64,000 bases of DNA from positions 4,547-68,546 of the forward strand of contig CASFBJ010000008.1 in assembly GCA_949292875.1 (NCBI GenBank), written 5' to 3'. The notes under the pieces are model-generated. The model was not told the DNA's origin and did no database searches. It saw only the letters and a list, made by a program, of their open reading frames with translations. This stretch comes from an uncultured Christensenella sp. (GTDB taxonomy: Bacteria > Bacillota > Clostridia > Christensenellales > UBA1242). This document shows, one piece after another, positions 47,937-54,650 of the stretch; the stretch's first letter is position 1, and the number at the start of each line of letters is the position of its first letter. Made by a program: the position numbers and the translations under genes.

Positions 47937-47943
47937 TAGGAGG
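47895..47943 (+). repeat. Left copy of a 49-nt direct repeat (46/49 identical to 49764-49812)
   Basis: gaattaacacctattgaagatgatgg-NNN-tttgccattttagtaggagg covers the last 13 codons, the stop and the downstream RBS. Confidence 0.9.
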
Positions 47944-47947
47944 TAGT

Positions 47948-48385
47948 ATGAAATTCTTTGAACTTATAAAGCAATACAACAATACAAAATTCAGGTTGAA
48001 ATCAAAAATGAATGAAGAGGCAGAATTAAGGGAATTGTGTGCATTGCCAAAAACAAGTGATATGGGTGGAATGCCTGGTGCTCCAGGTTATAATGGTTCA
48101 CCTGTTGAAAAATTTGTGATTAGACTTGATGAATTAAAACAAGAACAAAACAAACTTAATTCCAAACTTGAAGACATAAGAAATGACATCATGCTTTTCA
48201 TTGACACACTTGATGATTACTTTGCAAGACAGGTTGTTGAATTAGTGGTATTTAGATTATCACCAAGACCGAACTGGAAACATGTTGCAAAAAGAATTGG
48301 TTACAGTGAAAGCGGTGCAAGAGCATTATACAAAACAAGTGCTTCAAAATTGGAAAATCTTGAATTGGAGGAATTAAAAAGATGA
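47948..48385 (+). CDS. ArpU/RinA/DUF1492-like sigma-70 region-4 type phage late transcription regulator
   Basis: C-terminal HTH-like segment ARQVVELVVFRLSPRPNWKHVAKRIGYSESGARALYKTSASKLE. Central GMPGAPG segment as in phage ArpU/RinA-type activators. Assignment from memory. Confidence 0.55.
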   Translation: MKFFELIKQYNNTKFRLKSKMNEEAELRELCALPKTSDMGGMPGAPGYNGSPVEKFVIRLDELKQEQNKLNSKLEDIRNDIMLFIDTLDDYFARQVVELVVFRLSPRPNWKHVAKRIGYSESGARALYKTSASKLENLELEELKR

Positions 48386-48729
48386 GTTACTTTGGAAATG
48401 AAAAAGAACTTGCAGATAAAGAAAGAGAAGAAGCAGAAATTGTTGCAAGTAACGAATATCAAAAAGAAGTTGATGAAGGTTCGCCACACATAGAAAGATT
48501 GGCAGATGGTTCATGGGTTGCAAGCATAGAAGTTGACATGCAGAATGCAAGTATTGATGAAGTTGAATATCAACAACAAAGATTGCTTGAAGCAATATTG
48601 GAACAAAAAGAAAAAGATGCAACTGACACATCAACCTATGTTTGCGAAACAAAAATGCTTCATTTTGTTGCATCAGGAAGAAAAACAATAATTGTCAAAT
48701 TGAGAAAGGTGCAAAATTCAAATGAATAA
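48382..48729 (+). CDS. Hypothetical acidic protein
   Basis: Start overlaps the upstream stop (ATGA). No family recognised. Confidence 0.4.
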   Translation: MSYFGNEKELADKEREEAEIVASNEYQKEVDEGSPHIERLADGSWVASIEVDMQNASIDEVEYQQQRLLEAILEQKEKDATDTSTYVCETKMLHFVASGRKTIIVKLRKVQNSNE

Positions 48730-49426
48730 AAAGAAAGTTGTAAAAATTGGAATTATCTGTTTGTGCTTAATTGCATTGTGTGTTGGGGTTTATTTCATTC
48801 TAAAACACTTTGGCATAACAGATGTTGAAACAATAAGAAGTGTTGTTGAAAGTTGTGGTGTTTGGGGTTGGTTAGTATTCATGCTTATGTTTATAACTGC
48901 CAGTGTGTTCTTGTGTTTTATACCAGGAACATCAGCATCATTCATTGTTGTTTCAATCGTATTGTTTGGTGCATGGAAGGCATTGATTATATCTTCTGTG
49001 TCAGTCATTATTGCTTCATCAATTATGTTCTTTATTGGACACACTTTTGGTGAAAAGGTGGCGGAAAAAATTGTTGGAAAAGACAGTTTACATAAAGCAC
49101 AAGAATTGATTGATGTTAAAAGCAAAATATTCTTGCCATTGATGTTTCTGTTTCCTGTTTTTCCTGATGATGCACTTTGCATGGTTGCAGGAATGACAAA
49201 AATGAAATACTGGTATTTCTTAATTGTTGTTGCAGTTTGCAGAACAATAGGTATTGCCACTATATGCTTTTTGGGTAGTGGTTTTATAAACTGGGCATCA
49301 CTATCAATTATTGAATGGTTTTGCCTGATAACATGTTGTTTGGTTTGGTTGTTTGTTATATTCAAAGCATCAAACAAAATAGAACAAAAAATTAAAAATA
49401 AAAAGGTGGAAGAAAAAGATGAATAA
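48722..49426 (+). CDS. TVP38/TMEM64 (DedA-related, SNARE-associated) family membrane protein
   Basis: Polytopic protein; LFPVFPDDALCMVAGMTKMKYWYFLIVVAVCRTIG matches the re-entrant-loop motif of the DedA/TVP38 superfamily. Confidence 0.62.
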   Translation: MNKKKVVKIGIICLCLIALCVGVYFILKHFGITDVETIRSVVESCGVWGWLVFMLMFITASVFLCFIPGTSASFIVVSIVLFGAWKALIISSVSVIIASSIMFFIGHTFGEKVAEKIVGKDSLHKAQELIDVKSKIFLPLMFLFPVFPDDALCMVAGMTKMKYWYFLIVVAVCRTIGIATICFLGSGFINWASLSIIEWFCLITCCLVWLFVIFKASNKIEQKIKNKKVEEKDE

Positions 49427-49805
49427 ATGTATTTTTATTGGAAATTTAACAAAAGATCCTGAATTGGCAACAACTTCAAGTGGTGTTACAGTGTGCAGGT
49501 TTACACTTGCAGTTCAAAGAAAATTTGCAAATGCAGATGGCGAAAAGGAAGCAGATTTTATCAACATTGTTGCTTGGCGAAAACTTGGTGAAACTTGTGG
49601 AAAATATCTTGCGAAGGGTAGAAAATGCAGTGTTACAGGTGCAATGCAAACAAGAAGTTATGATGCACAAGATGGTTCTAAAAGATATGTAACAGAAATA
49701 ATTGCAGAAGAAATTGAGTTTTTATCAGCAAAACCACAAGAAGACGGCGGTTCAGCTGATCCTGAATTAACACCTATTGAAGATGATGGTGATTTGCCAT
49801 TTTAG
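49419..49805 (+). CDS. ssb: Single-stranded DNA-binding protein
   Basis: MNKCIFIGNLTKDPEL...FTLAVQR...ADFINIVAWRKLGE...V.GAMQTRSY (OB fold). Canonical tip DDGDLPF. Confidence 0.92.
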   Translation: MNKCIFIGNLTKDPELATTSSGVTVCRFTLAVQRKFANADGEKEADFINIVAWRKLGETCGKYLAKGRKCSVTGAMQTRSYDAQDGSKRYVTEIIAEEIEFLSAKPQEDGGSADPELTPIEDDGDLPF

Positions 49806-49812
49806 TAGGAGG
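49764..49812 (+). repeat. Right copy of the 49-nt direct repeat
   Basis: Same sequence as 47895-47943 except for 3 central nt. Confidence 0.9.
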
Positions 49813-49817
49813 CGAAC

Positions 49818-50231
49818 ATGAGAAACATACAACAGATGGTGAACTATTTGCAAAAAAAGTTGATTGAACATGGTTTTATAATTCAGCGGTTAGATGCAGA
49901 AACAACAAAATCAGTTTATTTGAAAATTGATTATGGTTTGTGCAATAGCATAAGAATAAGCGACCATACAGGCAAAAAAGAATTTGCATACCGCTTCAAC
50001 ATTTTAAGACAAATGCCATCAAAATCTTGCCAGTTCTTTGACAATGGCAGATTTCCAAGATATTTCTATTCATTTGATATGGTTGACAAAATGATTGAAG
50101 ACATCTTGAAAAGAAGAAGTCAGCAAATTCAAAGATATGGCAAGAAGTTGTATTTGGCATTCCAGGAAAAAGAGAAAACTGAAAGGAATGGAAACAACAG
50201 ATTTTGGAATAAAGCAAAATTTGTGAATTGA
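49818..50231 (+). CDS. Hypothetical phage protein (137 aa)
   Basis: RBS aggagg. No family recognised. Confidence 0.45.
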   Translation: MRNIQQMVNYLQKKLIEHGFIIQRLDAETTKSVYLKIDYGLCNSIRISDHTGKKEFAYRFNILRQMPSKSCQFFDNGRFPRYFYSFDMVDKMIEDILKRRSQQIQRYGKKLYLAFQEKEKTERNGNNRFWNKAKFVN

Positions 50232-50243
50232 CCTGGAGGAAAT

Positions 50244-51014
50244 ATGGAAGAATTTTATGTGTTGAGTTGGAGCAGGGGCAAAGACTCCAGTGCATTGTTG
50301 GTGTATGTTCTTCAAAAAAAGATGCCACTTCATGCAATAGTAACATGCGACATAATGTTTGATGAACATACCAGTGGTGAACATCCACTTATGGCAAAGT
50401 GGTTAGATGAAGCAGAAGAAAGAGTGAATTATTTATTAAAAAAGTTTGGTTATGAACATGTAAAAATAATTCACTTGACTGCCAAAAGAAATTTTTTAGA
50501 ACAATTTTACACAGTGAAAAGAAAAGGCAATCATATTGGTGATAACTATGGGTTTCCTTATATTATAGGTGCTTGGTGTAACAGTAAATTAAAACTTGAT
50601 CCAACAAGTAAATATATCAATAATTTATTGAAACAGGGTTATTGTGTTACTGAATATGTTGGAATTGCAAGTGATGAACCAAAAAGGTTGAAGCGGTATA
50701 AAGTTTTAACTTCACACAATCACAAATACATAACACTTGCAAAGTTTATGATAACAGAACAAAAAGCATTAAGGACTTGCAAATATTGGAAATTGCTATC
50801 ACCGAAATATGAAAATTCATTCAGGTGTGGTTGTTGGTTCTGTCCAAAACAATCATTGTATGATTTGTATAATTTGTGGAAGAACCACAATGAATACTTT
50901 GAAAGATTGTTAAAAATTGAAAAGGATTCTCATAACACTTTCAAACCTGGTTCAACACTTGCTGAAATTAAGGCAAGATTTGAAAGTGGTTATATTCCAA
51001 AAAGGAAAAGGTAG
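50244..51014 (+). CDS. PAPS reductase / PP-loop ATP-pyrophosphatase family protein
   Basis: VLSWSRGKDSSALL (SGGKDS-type PP-loop). C-terminal CGCWFCP Cys pair. Confidence 0.68.
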   Translation: MEEFYVLSWSRGKDSSALLVYVLQKKMPLHAIVTCDIMFDEHTSGEHPLMAKWLDEAEERVNYLLKKFGYEHVKIIHLTAKRNFLEQFYTVKRKGNHIGDNYGFPYIIGAWCNSKLKLDPTSKYINNLLKQGYCVTEYVGIASDEPKRLKRYKVLTSHNHKYITLAKFMITEQKALRTCKYWKLLSPKYENSFRCGCWFCPKQSLYDLYNLWKNHNEYFERLLKIEKDSHNTFKPGSTLAEIKARFESGYIPKRKR

Positions 51015-51021
51015 GTGGCAA

Positions 51022-51288
51022 ATGAAAACAGAATATGTGTGGGTAGATAGAAACCGAAATCACTACAAGTTAGAAGACATAAGCAATTCATACTTATTAA
51101 ACATTATTAAGTTTATTTGTGATGGTGGTGGTTTTACAGATGAAATGAGTGAAAGAAAAATCAAAATGCTATTTGATGAAGCAAAAAAGAGAAATTTACA
51201 ACACAAATTTCAACTTGAAAATGCAATAAGTGCATACCATGAAAAATTAAGTTATGAATGCCAGGTGTTTTGTCCTGATTGGGAGTGA
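51022..51288 (+). CDS. Hypothetical phage protein (88 aa)
   Basis: ATG at 51022 follows RBS aaggtaggtgg. The upstream part of the track ORF overlaps the previous gene. Confidence 0.42.
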   Translation: MKTEYVWVDRNRNHYKLEDISNSYLLNIIKFICDGGGFTDEMSERKIKMLFDEAKKRNLQHKFQLENAISAYHEKLSYECQVFCPDWE

Positions 51289-51290
51289 TT

Positions 51291-52217
51291 ATGAATAATG
51301 AATTTAATGCAGATGAAATCAAAGCAAGATATACCATTTATGAGATATTAAGCAAGTATGGACTTTATCCGCAAAGAAATAACATGATTGCATGTCCATT
51401 TCACAATGAAAAGAATGCATCAATGAAGATATATGACAACAATACATTTCATTGTTTTGGTTGTGGTGCTGATGGTGATATTTTTGACTTTGTGCAAAGA
51501 ATGGAAAATTGTGATTTTATAAGAGCAATGGAAATTATCACAAATAGCACCTTTCAACCTTACATTCCAAAGAAAGAACCTGTTAAAACCAAAGTTGCAC
51601 AGAATCCACAAATGTTGAAAAACTATATCAAAAAATGTCATGACAATTTGTCAAAAACAGATTACTTCTATAAAAGGAAGTTAAACAAAGAAACACAAGA
51701 AAAGTTTTGTCTTGGTTATGATGAAAAATACAATTCTGTTGTGATTCCTTACAATAAAGAACTTACATATTATCAAAGCAGAAATGTAGAAACAAAAGCA
51801 TTTTACAAACCAAACACAGACATTGCAGGAACTGAACCATTGTTTAACCAGGAAGCATTGAAACTTGCAGATTGTGTGTTTGTTGTTGAAAGTCCTATAT
51901 GTGCATTATCAATCATGCAATATGGATACAATGCCATTGCATTATGCGGTGTGCAGGGGTGGAAGAAATTACAGAACATAGAAATAAACAAAGATTGCAA
52001 ACTTATTCTATGTTTAGACAATGATTTTGAAGGCAAAAAGGCAAGAGATAACATCATCAATGCTTTTCCTGAAAAATCAATCGCATATAACATTGCCAGT
52101 GAATGTAAAGATGCAAATGAACTTCTTATTAAAGATGAAACCAGGTTTGTAAAAAATCTTTACTTAATATCAACACTGGTGAAGAAAACATATTTTGGAG
52201 GGAATTATGAAAATTGA
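51291..52217 (+). CDS. DNA primase (CHC2 zinc finger plus Toprim)
   Basis: ACPFHNEKNASMKIYDNNTFHCFGCGADGDIFDF (CHC2). Toprim-like VFVVESPICALS ... LCLDNDFEGKKA. Confidence 0.8.
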   Translation: MNNEFNADEIKARYTIYEILSKYGLYPQRNNMIACPFHNEKNASMKIYDNNTFHCFGCGADGDIFDFVQRMENCDFIRAMEIITNSTFQPYIPKKEPVKTKVAQNPQMLKNYIKKCHDNLSKTDYFYKRKLNKETQEKFCLGYDEKYNSVVIPYNKELTYYQSRNVETKAFYKPNTDIAGTEPLFNQEALKLADCVFVVESPICALSIMQYGYNAIALCGVQGWKKLQNIEINKDCKLILCLDNDFEGKKARDNIINAFPEKSIAYNIASECKDANELLIKDETRFVKNLYLISTLVKKTYFGGNYEN

Positions 52218-52989
52218 AAGTATTGAAAGTAAAAAAATTTTAGATGAAGCATTGAATTATGCAAAAAATGTTACTGTTGACTATACCACAAAAGAAGGTT
52301 GCAATGAGTATATAACAAATGTTATTGATAAGTTCAAAGAAGCAAAGAAAAGCATTGATGAACTTGCTGAAAATGTTACATACAAATTGGAAAACATTGA
52401 AGAACTATTGACAACTGATAATGTTGGAAACATGTTTGAAGTTGGTGATGAACTTGAATTTGAATTGTTGACTGGCGAACCTGCAACAATAGTTTGCATT
52501 GGCAAGAACCATGACAAATTAAAGAATGGTGAAAAAGCAACATTGACATTTGCATTTAAGAAATGTCTTGATGGCGAATTTGAAATAGATCCAAGTGGCA
52601 AAAATGAATGCGGTTGGAAGAATTGCAAAATGCGAACAGTTTACTTGCCAAGAATATTCAAATTGCTTCCAAAGGTTATTCAGGACTTGATTGTTCCAGT
52701 TGAGAAAATTGCAAACAATGGAAAAGACAAAAAAGAAACAATGCTTGACAAACTATTCCTTTTGAGTGTTAGAGAATACACAGGAACAGATGAAGACAGT
52801 TTGAAAGGCGAAGGTAAACAATATGAATACTTTGCCAAAGGCAACAAGTTCTTGAATGAATTCTGGTGGACTCGCAGTCCTTACACTAATTACACTATTA
52901 ATTGGTACACTGTTACCAATTATGGTCACATCAATTATTACAGTGTCTACTCTACTCTTTATGTCCGCCCCTGCTTCTGCATCTGTTAA
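52207..52989 (+). CDS. Hypothetical protein with a DUF6273-like C-terminal motif
   Basis: FWWTRSPY...YVRPCFCI resembles the WW[TL]RSP...VRP signature. The N-terminal half is acidic. Confidence 0.45.
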   Translation: MKIESIESKKILDEALNYAKNVTVDYTTKEGCNEYITNVIDKFKEAKKSIDELAENVTYKLENIEELLTTDNVGNMFEVGDELEFELLTGEPATIVCIGKNHDKLKNGEKATLTFAFKKCLDGEFEIDPSGKNECGWKNCKMRTVYLPRIFKLLPKVIQDLIVPVEKIANNGKDKKETMLDKLFLLSVREYTGTDEDSLKGEGKQYEYFAKGNKFLNEFWWTRSPYTNYTINWYTVTNYGHINYYSVYSTLYVRPCFCIC

Positions 52990-53021
52990 AATCGCAAGTG
53001 TATTAACACTTGCAATGCTAT

Positions 53022-53804
53022 ATGCGGTTAGAACCAGGAAATGTTTACAACATGGATTGTATAGATGGCATGAAGCAATTATTGAAGCAGGGTATCACAG
53101 TTGATTGCATCATAACAGATCCACCTTACAATATAAGTGTTGAAGGCAAAGAGATTAAAAGAGATAAACCAAATACAAAAACCGCCAGGAAAACATCAAT
53201 CAAATTTGATTTTGGTGAATGGGATAAAATGGACAATGCAGAGTTTGAAAAGTTTATTGAAGAATTTGTTTCACTTGCATGTCAGTTATTAAAACCTGGA
53301 GGAGCAGTGTTGTGTTGGTTTACAAAAGAAAAAATAAGTTGGTTAGCAGATTTATTCAATAAGAATGGAATTAAAACCAAAACAATAATAACTTGGCACA
53401 AAACAAATCCAACACCACAATTTAGAATTACAAATTATCTGTCAGCAAGTGAATTTTGTTTTTATGGAATAAAAGAAGGCGGAAAATACACATTCAATTT
53501 TGAAAAGCAAAATGACATGCACAATGTGATAGATTATCCAAATGCTTCTATTTATGGCGAAACAGAGCATCCAACAGAAAAACCGCTATATATTATAAAT
53601 AAGTTGGTGCGAACACATACAAACGAAGGTGATTTAATTTTGGACTGTTTCATGGGTTCATTCACAACCGCAGTGTCTTGCCACAAATTACAAAGACAGT
53701 TTATAGGTTTTGAGAAAGATGCGAAGTTTTATGAAATGGGAAGTGCCAGGTTAAAGAAAGCACAATCACAATTAAGCATATTTGACATGGGGGTTAAGAT
53801 ATAA
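53022..53804 (+). CDS. DNA methyltransferase, beta-class (probably N6-adenine)
   Basis: Motif IV IITDPPYNI precedes motif I LILDCFMGSFTTAV. The HPTEKP motif is present. Confidence 0.85.
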   Translation: MRLEPGNVYNMDCIDGMKQLLKQGITVDCIITDPPYNISVEGKEIKRDKPNTKTARKTSIKFDFGEWDKMDNAEFEKFIEEFVSLACQLLKPGGAVLCWFTKEKISWLADLFNKNGIKTKTIITWHKTNPTPQFRITNYLSASEFCFYGIKEGGKYTFNFEKQNDMHNVIDYPNASIYGETEHPTEKPLYIINKLVRTHTNEGDLILDCFMGSFTTAVSCHKLQRQFIGFEKDAKFYEMGSARLKKAQSQLSIFDMGVKI

Positions 53805-54085
53805 TGCAATCAATTCTTCAAAAAAGAAAAGAGTGTTATATAACACATTCAACTGTTGGACTTCATAAGCATCACATCTTTGGTGGTGCTAACAGGAACA
53901 TAAGTGAAAAGAATGGGTTTTGGGTGTGGTTAAGATATGACCTTCACAACCTGTCAAATGATGGTGTCCACAATGATTATCAATTCAATTTGCAATTAAA
54001 GCAGAAATGCCAAAAAGAGTTTGAAAAAACACATTCCAGGCAAGAATTTATGAAATTGATTGGTAGAAACTATCTTGATTGGTGA
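53804..54085 (+). CDS. Conserved Cys/His-rich small phage protein (HNH/Ref-like?); last early gene before the late control region
   Basis: KECYITHSTVGLHKHHIFGGANRNISEKNGFWVWLRYDLHN..GVHN is a pattern I recall from many Bacillota prophages. The function is not established. Confidence 0.45.
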   Translation: MQSILQKRKECYITHSTVGLHKHHIFGGANRNISEKNGFWVWLRYDLHNLSNDGVHNDYQFNLQLKQKCQKEFEKTHSRQEFMKLIGRNYLDW

Positions 54086-54096
54086 AATTGTATCAC

Positions 54097-54124
54097 TTTT
54101 AGCAGGTTTTAGCACATTTTAGCA
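54097..54124 (+). promoter_or_regulatory. Three TTTTAGCA boxes with exact 10-bp phasing; candidate activator site
   Basis: ttttagca at 54097, 54107 and 54117. The boxes end 19 bp upstream of the extended -10. Confidence 0.5.
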
Positions 54125-54142
54125 GAACAAATAAAGAAGAAG

Positions 54143-54159
54143 TGTGATATAATTATAAT
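54143..54159 (+). promoter_or_regulatory. Candidate late promoter: extended -10 (TGaTATAAT) without a good -35
   Basis: tgtgatataat at 54143-54153 and a second tataat at 54154-59. The -35 position reads gaacaa. Confidence 0.5.
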
Positions 54160-54280
54160 GTGCAAAAGTATAAGAAAAAACAATCGTAGCAATTAAGTTT
54201 GCCGAAAATCTTTGCGAAAGTAAGAACGGAAAAAGCAGTAAGAAATTACTTTGTGAGTTTGATTGTTTATAGCATAAAAC

Positions 54281-54313
54281 AAAAACAAGTTGGTGATGCT
54301 GACTTGTTTTTTT
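54281..54313 (+). terminator. Intrinsic terminator within the late leader
   Basis: aacaagt-(11 nt)-acttgtt hairpin (extendable by A-U pairs) plus a T7 run. Confidence 0.72.
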
Positions 54314-54436
54314 ATGGTGTTGTTCTGCATCTGTATGATACCTCGCAGATAAAGAATAGGGGAAACCGACTGCCAACATTAAAAATGCGGTTAAGGTGGG
54401 TGAATTTAATGGCAGAAATCAAATAAAGGAGTATTT

Positions 54437-54649
54437 ATGGAAGAAAAAGACATTTTGAATAGATTTGTATATCACAAACCAAAAGAAGATGATGCAATGA
54501 AATTTGTTACAATAAGACAACAGGCAAAACAATTTGCAGACATAATAAATGGGGTTGTGCCAGAAGGTAGAGAAAAAAGTTTGGCAATAACAAAACTTGA
54601 AGAAGTTGTGATGTGGGCAAATGCAGGAATAGCAAGAAGGGGGGAATAA
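54437..54649 (+). CDS. Small helical phage protein (70 aa); possible Acb2/Tad1-hairpin-like cyclic-nucleotide sponge
   Basis: RFVYHKPKEDDAMKFVTIRQQAKQFADIINGVVPEGREKSLAITKLEEVVMWANAGIARR. The F-x-YH-x-P ... REKSLA-x-TKLEE-x-MWAN-x-IA pattern is recalled from that family. Not verified. Confidence 0.4.
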   Translation: MEEKDILNRFVYHKPKEDDAMKFVTIRQQAKQFADIINGVVPEGREKSLAITKLEEVVMWANAGIARRGE

Positions 54650-54650
54650 T

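Noticed and set aside
52856-53104. Hydrophobic 82-aa alternative-frame ORF overlapping the end of the 52207 gene and the start of the methyltransferase
   Set aside because: It overlaps two better-supported genes, and the DUF6273-like motif in the main frame explains the sequence. It has no RBS.
54199-54426. 75-aa ORF in the late leader region
   Set aside because: It has a non-ATG start and no RBS, and it runs straight through the intrinsic terminator hairpin at 54281-54313. The region is better explained as non-coding regulatory sequence.
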